Shown here: positions 30,995-46,750 of the stretch, piece after piece
Layout of the letters: each line of letters begins with the position of its first letter
Numbering within the stretch: the first letter of the stretch is position 1
Source of the DNA: the human T2T-CHM13v2.0 reference genome, Homo sapiens
Direction: 5' to 3' (one strand)
DNA length: 64,000 nucleotides
Assembly (NCBI RefSeq): GCF_009914755.1
Contig: NC_060926.1
Translations under genes and position numbers: made by a program
Notes under the pieces: model-generated
Database searches by the model: none
Told to the model about the DNA's origin: nothing
Seen by the model: only the letters and a program-made list of their open reading frames with translations

Positions 30995-32333
30995 TGAACT
31001 GTGGAACAAACTCCAGCTGAGGGTAGTTGTGGAGCGGGGAGCCAAAGACTTTGGCCTTAGGTCATCTTTTAAAACTCAGCCTCAATTGTCTCATTGGCAA
31101 AATATGGATAATAAATGCTATGACGTGTGTAAAATTGCTAGCAATGTACCTGGCAAGTAGTAGACTTCAAAAGACTAGCTTCCATCCTATATTTTTCCTT
31201 CTTATACTCAAGTAGGAAAATATGGGCAAAGAATGTAGTTAGCTTGAAAATATGGGCAAAGAATTCTTGCATGTTGTGCATGAATTATCCGTACATTTTT
31301 TTCGGTTAGTTGAGTGTGTTGGGATGGGGAGAGGAGAGGCGAGTTAGTGGTAGCTATGGTTATTAGAGAAGGGAAGCAATTTTCAGATCAGTATCTAATT
31401 TCTCAGTTTTAGTTTTTGAATGTGATGATGTTTCTGTTTAGGTTTTCCAAAACTTGATTCTTTCTGTTTGTCAACACCTGGACTCATGGGGCTATCCTAA
31501 GTGCAGAAACAACACTTCAGAAAGAGGACTAGAAATCAAATATATGAACACTAGTCTTCTTAAATGAAATTTTCTGTATTCTTGTGCAGCATTATATTGT
31601 GTAATAAGTGCTAAATAAAAAAATAGTTAACCTCTTTTGAGAAGCTTACAGTTGTTTAACAAGGTAAAACATAGATGGAAAACAATTGGAGACCAACATA
31701 AGACCTCGTACAATCATTTTTCCAGTGGTAGGATGTTGGCCAGAACTGATGTGATTATGAAGGAAAAGGTTAATATTGGCTCAAGTAGTTGGAGACAGCT
31801 TCCTGGTGAAGGGAATGCCACTTCAGTAACAGAGAGACTTAACATGTCCTGAAGACTATTGGAAAGATCACCTTTGTTTTAGGAATGTTTGCTATTGTGT
31901 ACTTCATTGTATGAAAAAGCCAACATAATCTTGTACTTTCAAAAATGATCTTTCTATTGAAAATTATATGGGAAATCTTCAGTAAAATTCTGCATATGCA
32001 AGAAATCAATACTTGTCACTATGTCTGTGAAGTTTAAAGCTCAGGATTGGCGTGAAAATGGTAACTCTTCATTCTTGTCCACCTTTAACACACTTGCTTA
32101 AAAATGTGTCAGATAGGCCAGGTGCAGTGGATCACACCTGTAATCCCAGCACTTTGCTTTGGGAGGCCAAGGCAGGCAGATCGCTTGAGCCCAGGAGTTT
32201 GAGACCAGCCTGGACAACATGGAAACCCCATCTTTACAAAAAAATACAAAAATTAACCAGGCATGGTGGCACGTGCCTGTAGTCCCAGCTACTCAGGAGG
32301 CCAAAACGTGAGAATTGCTTGAGACTGTCTCAG

Positions 32334-32373
<40 letters not shown>

Positions 32374-32433
32374 AAGCCAGGCAGGCACAGTGACTCACAC
32401 CTGTAATCCCAGCACTTTGGGCTGGGAGGCCTA

Positions 32434-32722
<289 letters not shown>

Positions 32723-33618
32723 TTATTCTATTCAGTTTTGACAATGGGGTATATTTTATATATTTTTTACCTGGAGTATAAGGAGAAAATTATTAGTCAT
32801 CAGGGTTGAGACCCCTCAACCCGCTAAATTCAAAATTGTTACTTGGGAGATAGAGAAGAACTGAATGGAACTAAACTAAGAAGATATTATTAAGTAAGTT
32901 TTAGTTGCTCATCAAAATACTTAAATAATTCCATCATGTCTTAAGACTTTTGAGATAAGAAGAAAACTTGGAAGTGGTATGTTAGGGGAAGAAGAAACTA
33001 ATAAAGTGTGTTTTACTTTTCTTTGTTTTAGAATTGTTGACATGATGCGTGAAAGAAATGTATGAGGAAGATATGATCAAACTCAACTCCAAGTGAGAAA
33101 GACAAGGGCCAATGTGACTGCAAGCCAGGAAATCTCTAACAATTTTAGAATAGACTTCTTCCTGTACTATATGACCAGGGAGTGATCTCAGGAACATTTA
33201 AGAAAAAGAAAGGAAGAGATGTTGATGGTTTGAATACCTGAGGATGTTTAGATAATGATTGTGGTCAGAATGCATCCAGAATTCTAATTTGTGTCCTGAT
33301 GTGAATGTGACCATGTTTGTTTGTTTGTTTGTTTTTGTTTTCCCTTTGGCTTGTGTTCTGGGATTTGATCTCTCGTTAGAGACTCTTACTAGTTCTTTGA
33401 GTTGTGTATTTCTTTCTATATCATATCGGTGCTCTTATTTCCTATTTTTCAGTAGAGAATTTTATGTTCTTTCAAAACCAAATTTCTGATTTATGCAGCA
33501 AAAACATGATTTCTGATTTATTTAGGTCAAGCTTCGGTTCAATTAGTTCACAAAATTAGTGGGAAAAATTGGTTAATAGATGTCTCTCCTTCTCAAGTAC
33601 AAATGTATTGTGACATAT

Positions 33619-34712
33619 TGTGATATAGTAAGAAAGATACTTGTCCCCAGTTCTGACTAAAGAACTTTTAAGACCCTTCGAATCTCTGGAATGATGAGTG
33701 TCTTTTTCTACACTGCTGAGATGACAGGTGACTCTTGGTAGAACCCTAGATAGCTTCAGGATGGAGATGGGAGCTGGTGCCAGAGGAACCAACTATGTAA
33801 TTAGAGGGTTGGAATTTCAGCTTCACTCCAGACCTCTGGGGAGAGGAGAGGGGCTGGAAATCCAGTCAGTCACCAGTGGACAATAATTTAATCAATCATG
33901 CCCACATCATGGAGCCTTCATAAAAACCTTAAATTTTGGAAAGCTTCTGAGTTGGTGAATACATGGAGGTGCTGGAAGGAAGGCATGCCCAGAGAGGACA
34001 CCCCTTCTCCCATTTCTTGCCCTGTGTACTTCTTCATCTGGCTGTTGATTTGTGTCTTTTTTAATACCTTTTGTAATAAACTGTTATATGTAAGTAGGCC
34101 TGTTGTGGTGGCTCACACCTGTAAGCCCAGTACTTTGGGAGGCCAAGACAGGAGGATAACTTGAGCTCAGGTGTTTGAGATCAGCCTGGGCCACGTGGAG
34201 AGACCCTGTCTCTACAAAAAATTAAAAAAGAAAAAACTAGCCAGGTGTGGTGGTCCATGCTTGTAGTCCTCACTACCCTGGAGGCTGAGGTGAGAGGATC
34301 TCTTGGGGCCAGGAGGTCAAGGCTGCAGTGAGCTGCGTTAGTGCCACTACGCTCCAGCCTGAGTGACAGAGCAAGACCTTGTCTCAAAAAAAGAAAAAAG
34401 ATAAAAAAGTAAGTAAATTTCTGTTAGCCACTATAGCAAATTATCAAATTTGAGGATGGGGTTGTAGGAACCCCTGATTTGTAGCTAAGTCTAACGGAAG
34501 TGTGGATATCCCGGGGCCCACTATTTTTGACTGGCATCTGAAGTGGAGGGCAGTCTCATGGGACTGAGCCCTTACCCTGTGGCGTCTGCACAAACTCTGG
34601 GCAGTTAGTGTCAGATTGAGTTAAATGGTAAAACATTCTAGTTGGTGCCCCTAGACAGAGAGTTTCTTGGTGTGGAAAACCCATACATTTGGTGTCAGAA
34701 GTATTGTGACTA
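33619..34712 (+). mobile_element. MER21-family LTR with nested AluJ (34097-34410)
   Basis: TGTGATATAGTAAGAAA start; CTAGATAGCTTCAGGATGG and GTTAGTGTCAGATTGAGTTAAAT motifs. Confidence 0.75.
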
Positions 34713-35329
34713 GAGGAATAAGTTTTCTTTACATATGTATTGACAAAACTTAAAGACATTATTTGGGTACATCTTTTAATTATTCAGGCAAAATGAAAGA
34801 ATTACTTATGTACTGTATTTTTGACAGTGAGATACTGTCAAAGTCTGGGTACTTTAGAACAATGATTGTTTGATTTAGATTTTTCAAGCCTTATGTTTTT
34901 TTAATACTAGTATGTCCTCTGTGGAATCTCATATTTGATTGTGCACATATATCCTTCTATAAAAGGGTTTAATATAGTGGGAAAAACAAACCTGACAAGC
35001 TATGACAGAGAGACTGTTTTCTGAAATCGAGATTTCTAGAAGCTGCTACTGTCAAATGAGATAACCTCTGAGTATTACTTGGTGACAATGGGGTGACATG
35101 CTTAGAATGCTTTGCTACTTGTATCTGCTGATGACCACCAAGGCCAAGTAGAAACTTTAGATAGCTATATACTTATGTGGAACAAAAGTTTATGTTCAGG
35201 GTAAACTTATTAGGAAAAACTTTGGTCAAGATTTCAAGAAAACATAAAATAAGCTTCTAAGTGTACTTCAAAAGTGATGAAAATAATGCAGTTCAGAGTA
35301 CTAGGTTCTCAAAAGTTGTTTTCTTTTCA

Positions 35330-35512
<183 letters not shown>

Positions 35513-37061
35513 CTACTTAGGAGGCTGAGGTGGGAGGATCCTTTGAGCCTAGGAGGCCGAGGCTGCAGTGAGCCATGATTGCATTACTGCACTCCAGCTT
35601 GGGCAACAGAGCAAGACCCTGTCTCAAAAAAATAAAAAAGTAATAAAAAATAATAAAAAGAAAGGATGTTTTGTTTCATTGTGGTAATGCCCAAACTGCT
35701 TTGATCATGTCACTCTCTCTGCTCCATGCTTCCATGGATTACTCTGCCCTATTTGATCACGTTCTAAATATTTGTCTTGGAATTAATTCAGAGACTCCTT
35801 CATTCTCACCCTAATATTAAGGTGCTGTCCTTATCTTCTCTATGATCCAGTCATATTGGACTGATTGGAATTCCCTAAATATAAAAGTAGGAATTCCCTA
35901 CTGTTGTCCCTATTCTGATGTTCTTCCTTCTATTTCACTTTTTGAAATCCTAACAAACCTTGAGTGCCCTGACCCCTGGCTACTAGTTTTATGACATTTT
36001 CCCTCACAGCCCCAGTCAGAAATGTCTTGTATATTTTCTAAACCCTTTAGCTACTCTTTTTATGCTACTCATAATTCCCTTATAGATGCTTGTCTCCTGT
36101 AATTATTTGCAAGCATGCATAATTTTCTTTCCTATGGAAGATCATGCTGGATCTTACACAATTTTGTAGACCTCACATGCCTAATCCAAGTGCCTTTCAT
36201 GTGGGTGACACCTAGTAAGCAGTTGTTCATTAATGGTTGCCCCATAATTCAGTCATCCCTAATTCAGCAATAAGTGATAAGAGTGTGCTGGGTGTGATTG
36301 GACACCAGATACCACACAGGCAGGTGTATTTCAGGTAATCTATTCAACTGGATACTTTAAGCTTCATCTTTTTTTAGGCATCTCCCTCCCTACACATTTG
36401 GCAGTTTTAATCTTTTTATTTTTATTTCAAAATTTTTTTCCCTCCCAAGGTGCTGAGAGGTTTAATATCTTAAGGATATTTAGGAGAGGGAAGGGGCGAA
36501 GTGACATTATAAAAGGAATCCTTGAAGAAAATCAGTGGAGGAATCTACAAATAAGGAGGCCACTTAATGTCCACTGAGGACTCAGCACCTCTGTCAGGAC
36601 ACCAGGGCTTCCTTCTCTTCACCAATTTCTCCCTTCCCCCTACTTACCCACCTAATCCAATCTCTTAAGAAAGAATCTGGAAAATGAATTCCTAACAAGA
36701 TGACTTACAAAAATTACCTTGTCCCCCTTATCAAAGGCGTTGGATTCTATGGGGACAGCGCATTGGGGACCATTTATGTGGGCTAGGTCAAAGGTGGGCA
36801 GTGCCTACTTCTGAGCATCCCTGCAGCCACATTATAGCCACTCAAGTGTGGCTTTGGTCACTGTCTGGACCTTTCACTTTTCTCCTTGTCAAATAAGGTG
36901 GCTGGACTGGATGAATTTGAAGTCCATGGAGAGCATAAAATGTTTATTTCTCTTGTCCTGCCTAAAAGGAAGCCAGTCATGGCCACTGGGTTCTGTTTGC
37001 CTCTGGACCCTGGCCTAGATTTTCCTTTTATTACCTGGAGTTTGGGGTTTCCTTGCTCTCA

Positions 37062-37394
<333 letters not shown>

Positions 37395-37397
37395 CTA

Positions 37398-37535
<138 letters not shown>

Positions 37536-38684
37536 TCAAAAACAAATACACACACACACACACACACACTAACATAATTTTATTTATTATTATTTTTAAA
37601 GACAGAGTCTTGCTCTGCTGCCCAGGCAGGAGTGCAGTGGCACATTTATAGCTCACTGCAGCTTTGCACTCCTACGTCACGCGATTCTTCTCCTCAACCT
37701 CCTGAGTAGCTAGAATGACAGGTGTGTGCCACCATGCCTGGCTAATTTAAAAAAAATTCTTAGAGACAGTGTCTCACTATGTTGCCCAGGCTGGTCTTGA
37801 ACTCCTGGCCTCAAGTGATCCTCCTGCCTTTGCCTCAGAAGTGCTGGGATTACAGGCATGAGCCCCTGTGCCTGGCCAGATTCACAGAATTTTAAAATAG
37901 GAAGGAGTTTAGCAATTTAACCTAACGTGGTCTTTTTCTTATTAATAATAAACAGCAATGACAAGTATTTATTAAGCAGTTGCCATTTTCTAGGCACTGT
38001 GCTGAGTACTTTGTGCACATTTTTTAATGTATCAACAGTGAACCCTGTCATATCAGGGAGCAAAAAGGCACAGAGAAGTTAAGGGACTTAAAGCCATGCA
38101 TGTGGTTATTTTCTGGTATGGCAGAAACTCCCTTAAAAACTGTTTTAAAAACAATAGAATCGAGAGATAATCCTATTCCTATTTCTGTAATGTATTTCTT
38201 GACTTTTGCAACATTGTATTCCACTGCCCAACCATTGAACTGTGCCATTTAACACTTACACTTCCTAATACTTTACCTTGTAGTTCACCAGTTTTCACCA
38301 ATGATGCTGAACTTGTTTAAATAGTTGCATACATAGCACAGCATGCCTATAATGACATTGCTTATGATTTGACTTGTAGGAATCCACGAAGTTGTTAAAA
38401 TTTTCTTAGTCTTAATGGATGTAGAAGCAATGTGCAACTTGGTATCAGTCTTCTTTTCTACTCCTATACTTGGGTTTCTGATGGTTATTGTGAAAACGAA
38501 AATGATTGTGTGTATTGGAGATGTATAAAAATGTATGTTCTCCAGCCTTAGTCATGAGAGAGTTATCTTACCTTTTTCTACACAATACCTTTTTCTATTT
38601 CTTGCTGTAGTTTTTTTCAAACTTTCAGCATTTTCTTTGAGTCTTTTATGTCACCCAGGCATTTCTTTATTAAAAGATGATGGT

Positions 38685-39398
<714 letters not shown>

Positions 39399-39719
39399 TG
39401 TCCTTGCATTTTTTTTTTTTTTAAGATGGAGTCTGGCTCTGGCACCCAGGCTGGAATGCAGTGGCACGATCTTGGCTCACTGCAACCTCTGCCTCCTGGG
39501 TTTAAGCCTCAGCCTCCAGAGTAGCTGGGATTACAGGTACGTGCCACCATGCCTGGCTAATTTTTATATTTTTAGTAGAGACAAGGTTTCACCATGTTGG
39601 CCAGGCTGGTCTCGAACTTGTGATTTGCCTGCCTTGGCCTCCCAAAGTGCTGGGATCACAGACATGAGCCACAGCACCCGGCCCTTGCCTTCTATTATTC
39701 TGAGAGAATTGAAATAACA

Positions 39720-40930
39720 TGTCAAATCTTAAAATTTTTCTCCTTTCCACATCATTTTTATATCTGAATCCATCAACCCCTCATTAATTCTTGACTTAGA
39801 GGTGGTTATCCGAAGTTGATGCTTTCCCCCGTACTCTGGATCCCCCATTCCCTTCAGATGCCTTATTCTATGACATTTTTCTATGCTTACCTGCATGTAT
39901 TTATTTGTTTGTTTGTGTTGGAGATGCTGAGATGCATTTCAAATATTTACAAGAATGCTCAAGATTCTCCCATTACAAAAACAAACAAGACCAATAACCA
40001 ACATTGCACCTGTGCCCCATTCTGCCCTCTTGCTACATGCTCTCTTTCTCCTTTCCTTCAAGCTGTTCTTCCTTAAAGTACTTTTTGTGCATTATTTTTC
40101 TACTTCTTCACCTTCCATTCCCTCCACAACTGTTGGAATCTGTCTTCGATCTCAGATGAATCTCTCTCTTTTTTTTTTTCCTGAGACAGGGTCTTATCCT
40201 GTCACTCAGGCTGGATTGCAGTAGCACAATCATAGTTCATGGCAGCCTTGAACTCCTGGGCTCAAGCGATCCTCCTACGTCAGCCTCCTGAGTGGCTGGG
40301 ACCCCAGGTTCAGGCCATCATACCTGATTGATTTTTACTTTTTTTATAGAGATGGAGCCTTGCCATGTGGCCCAGGCTGGTCTTGAACTCCTGGGCTTGA
40401 GCGATTCTCCCTCCTTAGCCTCCCAAAGTGCTGGGATTACAGGTGTGAGCCTGGCCCAACTCTGCTCTTGTTATGATTATGAGTGTCCTCTTGACTGACA
40501 AATCAATGAGATTTTATTACTTAAAATTTCCATGATTCTGCTCATTCTCTTTTCTGTGAAACTGAGTTTTCACTAGGCTACTGTGACATCTTCTCTTGGA
40601 TTACTCCTTATGGATCTCTCTGCAGGTTCTTTGCCTTGATATTGGAATTCCCAGGGTCTGTCTTTAGTTCACTCTCTTTTCTCTGTTGATGCTTTTTCAA
40701 CAAGTTCATCAATATCCCTGATTTCAGTCAATCCCAAGTCAACATTCTTGGGCAGACTTATTCGCTGAACTCAGGCATTTCCACTTGCATGTCCCACAGT
40801 TGAGTCAGGACCCATAATTTCTTCCTGCTTTCCCATGCTATTCCTTTCCTTATTGACAAATGCCATCATCTTTTCTCTCACTGCCTACATCATCCATCCA
40901 TTTGTTTGTTAGGTCTATCAATCACCTAAT
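39720..40930 (+). mobile_element. L2 fragments with nested AluJ (40168-40456)
   Basis: Pyrimidine-rich L2 motifs (CATTTCCACTTGCATGTCCCACAG). Confidence 0.55.
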
Positions 40931-41603
40931 ATGTGTCAGCAATTTTCCCTTTTTTTTTTTTTGACTCTTGCTCTGTTGCCCAGGCTGGAGTGCAGTGGCA
41001 TGATCTCGGCTCATTGCAACCTCCGCCTCCCAGGTACAAGCAATTCTCTGCCTCAGCCTCCCGAGTAGCTGGGATTACAAGCACCTGCCACCATGCCCAG
41101 CTAATTGTTTTGTATTTTTAGTAGAGACGGGGTTTCACCATCTTGGTCAGGCTGGTCTTGAGCTCCTGACCTCGTGATCCAACACCTTGGCCTCCCAAAG
41201 TGCTGGGATGGGATTACAGGCGTGAGCCACTGCGCCTGGCCTATGTCAGCAATTTTTCTACAAATAAGATTATAGTGGTGTACAAAACAAACACAGTTTC
41301 TGTTCTTGTAGAATTATGTTTTAGTGGGGAACAAAGAAATAATAATGCTTAAATAAAGGAGAGACATGAGAAGATAAGAGTTGTATGCATACTTTGGATT
41401 TGAATAATTTGGGAAGGCCTCTCTGAGGACTTGACATTTAAGCTGAGTTGTGAATGACTGGAAGGAGCTTGCCATGCAAAGTTGAGGAGCAGAGCATTCC
41501 AGGTAGAGGCAGCTGGCCCCAAAACACTAATAGTAATCCTGATTTGACAGACATCAGAAGGCAAATAAATCTGGAACTTAGTGGGTAAGAGTGAGAGGTG
41601 TCT

Positions 41604-42071
41604 GTATTGGTGTCCTGTGGCTGCTGTAACAAATGACCACAAACTTGGTGGCTTAAAACAACAGAAATTTATTCTTTCATCATTCAGGATGCCGGAAATC
41701 TGAAGTCAGTTTCACTGTGCCAAAATTAAGGAGTTAGCAGGATGTGCTCCCTTCTGAGGAGTGAATATGGTCCTTAACTCCTTCAGGTTCTGGTGGCTTC
41801 TGGCATTCCTTGGCTGTGGCTGCATCACTCCAGTCTCTACTTCTGTGGTCACATCATTGCATTCTCATCTGTATCAAATCACCCTGTCTTCTTCTTACAA
41901 AGATGTAAAGTGATTACATTTAGGGTTCCCCCTGGTAATTCAGAATAACCTTTCCCTCTTAAGGTCTTAATTTAATCACATTGGTGAATTTTTTTTTTTC
42001 CTTATAACATTCACAGGTTCCAGGGATTAGGATGAGGATATGTTGTGCGCGTCATTATTTAACCTACTGCA
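41604..42071 (-). mobile_element. MLT1 (B/C-like) MaLR LTR nested in L2
   Basis: GCTGCTGTAACAAATGACCACAAACTTGGTGGCTTAAAACAACAGAAATTTATT. Confidence 0.8.
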
Positions 42072-43510
42072 GTGAAGGGCTGGATCCTATAGGTCTTTAT
42101 AATCCAAGGTGAGATGTTTAGATTTCATTCTAGGGTGCTAGAAACCATTAGAGGATTATATGCAGGCAAGAGAAACTGTGTGGTTTTGCTATAAAGTAGT
42201 CTTTCTTAATTTCTTCTCACTGTACCTTTCCAAGAAGAAAAATTAAATTAAAATTAATTAATTAAAAACTTAATTTCTCCCCAACAAGAGAGTACTGCTT
42301 AAATGCTAAGAAGATTTTGTTGGGTAGAGTTGAAGTTTGGAGGGCCACAGACAATTGTAATATGCAATATTTTTTCACCTGCCAAGAAGCAACTGTGGGT
42401 GATATTGCTCTCATTGAGAATACATGCCATCAAAGATTATGCTGGCTGCTACAAGTAAACAGAATATGGGAAGTGGGAGTTAGTTAGTCTGTTTTGGTTG
42501 CCCAACCAAGAACTTATTATTGAATGGACAACCATTGTATTAAAGATAGAAAAAAGTGGCCTGGGCGTGGTGGCTTATGCCTGTAATCCCAGCACTTTGG
42601 GAGGCTGAGGCGGGTGAATCACATGAGGCCAGGAGTTCGAGACCAGCCTGGCCAATATGGCAAAACTCCATCTCTACTAAATATACAAAAAAAAAAAAAA
42701 AAAAAAAAAAAGCCGGGCATGGTGGCACATGCCTGTAATCCCAGCTACTAGGGAGGCTGAGGCAGGAGCCTTGAACCTGGGAGGTGGAGGTTGCAGTGAG
42801 CCAAGATTGTGCCACTGCACTCCAGCCTGGGTGACAGAGTGAGACTCTGTCTCAAAGAGAAAAAGCATAGAAAGAAGTGGATAGATTCAGGATATATTTT
42901 TGAGATAGAATTAGTTGGGTGAACTTGCCTGCTAGATTATTTGGAGGAAAGGAAGAAGAATAAAAGAAAGGCTTGCATTTTCTATTTGAGAGCTGGTCCA
43001 CTTACTGAGAAGGGGAGGGCTGGGAGAGAGGCAGACTTGATGGAAGATATAAAGTGTTCTGCTTTGGCTAAGTTTGAAGTGATTATTAGATATTCCTTTG
43101 GAGATGTCAGACAACTGGGTGAATGGGGTTTGGAGATTCTGAGAGGGGTTTGGCTGAGGATACAGACTTAGGAATTATTTGCATATAGGTTATATTTGAT
43201 ACTGGATGGAGTTACCTACAGAGAATGTATATAGAGAGAAGCAGGCCATTGAGCAACTATTATATAGAAGAGAAGGAGGAGTTGCCAGTGGGATGGGATG
43301 GAAAGCAGAAGAGCGTGGTGTCTCTGAGGCTAAGAATTCAAAAGATATTAAAAAAGACACGGTTCTACTATGTTAATTATAGAGATTACATTTGGTGAAA
43401 TGAGGTCATTTGTGATTTTGACAATTTGACATATAGTTTAAGAAGAGGCTGGGACAAAGTTTATTGGATTAAATTGTGGAAGTGGAGACAGTTCTTATAG
43501 ACAACTCTTT

Positions 43511-45378
43511 TTTTTTTTTTTTTTTTTAATTGATCATTCTTGGGTGTTTCTCGCAGAGGGGGATTTGGCAGGGTCATAGGACAATAGTGGAGGGAAGGTC
43601 AGCAGATAAACAAGTGAACAAAGGTCTCTGGTTTTCCTAGGCAGAGGACCCTGCGGCCTTCCGCAGTGTTTGTGTCCCTGGGTACTTGAGATTAGGGAGT
43701 GGTGATGACTCTTAACGAGCATGCTGCCTTCAAGCATCTGTTTAACAAAGCACATCTTGCACCGCCCTTAATCCATTTAACCCTGAGTGGACACAGCACA
43801 TGTTTCAGAGAGCACAGGGTTGGGGGTAAGGTCACAGATCAACAGGATCCCAAGGCAGAAGAATTTTTCTTAGTACAGAACAAAATGAAAAGTCTCCCAT
43901 GTCTACTTCTTTCTACACAGACACGGCAACCATCCGATTTCTCAATCTTTTCCCCACCTTTCCCCCCCTTCTATTCCACAAAACCGCCATTGTCATCATG
44001 GCCCGTTCTCAATGAGCTGCTGGGCACACCTCCCAGACGGGGTGGTGGCCGGGCAGAGGGGCTCCTCACCTCCCAGTACGGGTGGCCGGGCAGAGGCGCC
44101 CCTCACCTCCCGGACGGGGCAGCTGGCAGGGCGGGGGGCTGACCCCCCCACCTCCTTTCCGGACAGGGCGGCTGGCCGGGCGGGGGTGCTCCTCACTTCC
44201 CAGTAGGGGCGGCTGGGCAGAGGCGCCCCTCACCTCCCAGACGGGGCAGCTGGCAGGGCGGGGGGCTGACCCCCCCACCTCCCTCCCGGACGGGGCGGCT
44301 GGCCGGGCGGGGGGCTGACCCCCCCACCTCCCTCCCAGACGGGGCGGCTGGCCGGGCGGGGGTCTGACCCCCCCACCTCCTTCCCGGACAGGGCGGCTGG
44401 CCCGGCAGAGGGGCTCCTCACTTCCCAGTAGGGGCGGCTGGGCAGAGGCGCCCCTCACCTCCCGGACGGGGCAGCTGGCAGGGCGGGGGGCTGACCCCCC
44501 CACCTCCCTCCCGGACGGGGCGGCTGGCCGGGCGGGGGGCTGACCCCCCCACCTCCCTCCCGGACAGGGTGGCTGCCGGGCGGAGACACTCCTCACTTCC
44601 CAGACGGGGTGGCTGCCAGGCGGAGGGGCTCCTCACTTCTCAGATGGGCGGAGGGTCTCCTCACTTCTCAGACGGGGCGGCCGGGCAGAGACGCTCCTCA
44701 CCTCCCAGACGGGGTCGCGGCCGGGCAGAGGCGCTCCTCACATCCCAGACGGGGCGGCGGGGCAGAGGCGCTCCCCACATCTCAGACGATGGGCGGCCGG
44801 GCAGAGATGCTTCTCTCTTCCTAGATGGGATGGCGGCCGGGCAGAGACGCTCCTCACTTTCCAGACTGGGCAGCCAGGCAGAGGGGCTCCTCACGTCCCA
44901 GACGATGGGTGGCCAGGCAGAGACGCTCCTCACTTCCCAGACTGGGTGGCGGCCGGGCAGAGGCTGCACTCCTGGCACTTTGGGAGGCCAAGGCAGGCGG
45001 CTGGGAGGTGGAGGTTGTAGCGAGCCGAGATCACGCCACCTCACTCCAGCCTGGGCACCATTGAGCACTGAGTGAACCAGACTCCGTCTGCAATCCCGGC
45101 ACCTCTGGAGGCCGAGGCTGGCGGATCACTCGCGGTTAGGAGCTGGAGACCAGCCCGGCCAACACAGCAAAACCCCGTCTCCACCAAAAAAATACAAAAA
45201 CCAGTCAGGCGCGGCGGCGCGCACCTGCAATCGCAGGCTGAGGCAGGAGAATCAGGCAGGGAGGTTGCAGTGAGCCGAGATGGCAGCAGTACAGTCCAGC
45301 TTCGGCTCGGCATCAGAGGGAGACCATGGAAAGAGAGGGAGAGGGAGACCGTGGGGAGAGGGGAGAGGGGAGAGGGAG
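43511..45378 (-). mobile_element. Near full-length SVA (SVA_D-like)
   Basis: On + reads polyT, SINE-R (~43530-44020), GC-rich VNTR (~44020-44960), Alu-like domain, short (GAGAGG)n hexamer tract; TSD AACTCTTT at 43503-43510 and 45379-45386. Subfamily tentative. Confidence 0.96.
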
Positions 45379-46327
45379 AACTCTTTCAAGAAGTTTCATT
45401 ATGAAGGAAAGCAGAGACGTGGAAAAGTTCTTGGAAGAGGATATTGGTCAAGGGAGGGTTTGTTAGAACTAGAGGATAATACAGTGAATTTCTATGCTGA
45501 CAAAATGATTAAGTAGAGAAGAGGAGCTGATGAAGGTAGGAGAGAGTGGTGGGTAATTGTACAAATAAAATTTCTGAAGAGCCAGGAAGGAAGGGGATCT
45601 AGTGTACAAATAGAATGATTGGTCTTTACTTGAAACAGGCACATTTTATTAGTAAAAGGAAGGACTGCAGAGAGAATGAGTACAGAGGTGGATAAGTCAT
45701 CATTTGGGTGGTGGGAAGATGAAATTTTTACCTAGTTGCATCTACTTTACTTTCCCAGTGAAGTGTGATGATATTGGGGTGTGGAGGGGTGAAACAGGTT
45801 TGGGAAAAGAGATTTCAAATGGCTATTTTGAAACATCCTGGGGAAATGTAATAGGATTGTGGGTCAGTGTGGATTGCACATTAATGATTTGCAGCTATGA
45901 ATTTAAATTGAGGCCAGTTGTGGTTGCATGTTTTTTTTCCCAGGCAGTTTCTTCAGCTGTTTGGGTGGAGATGTGAAACAGGCAGATAGTTGGGTTTAAC
46001 TGGTTTGGGGGTTTGCCAAGTAAAAATGAAGCATGAAGAGAGGAGCAAGGGAGTTAAGGGTGCTTGGAAGGGAGAAATTACAGTGATGGACCTAATTTAA
46101 TTCTCAGCTAGGCAGCAGGAGAAGTGACTGATAGTGAAGCAAATAGTAGGGTCAATGGACTGAAGGGCCAGATAATGCCAAGATGGTGGAATGGAAATTC
46201 CAGACTACAGTAGATAAACTGAAGAAAGAGAAGGTGGTGTTTACAGTGTAGGGTGCTTGAGGCTGGAGTCTGCGGAGTTGATATAAATAGTGGGGATGCC
46301 CAAATCAGAGGTTATGATAATGAGGTA

Positions 46328-46344
46328 GGGTCAAACAAAGGTCA
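46328..46344 (+). promoter_or_regulatory. DR5 element containing an NBRE
   Basis: GGGTCA-AACAA-AGGTCA; AAAGGTCA at 46337-46344; function untested. Confidence 0.4.
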
Positions 46345-46347
46345 TCA

Positions 46348-46750
<403 letters not shown>

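Noticed and set aside
44020-44960. Regularly spaced repeats resembling a CRISPR-like array
   Set aside because: SVA VNTR with no unique spacers, in eukaryotic DNA.
43534-45516. ORFs up to 176 aa
   Set aside because: SVA VNTR, SINE-R and Alu-like translations.
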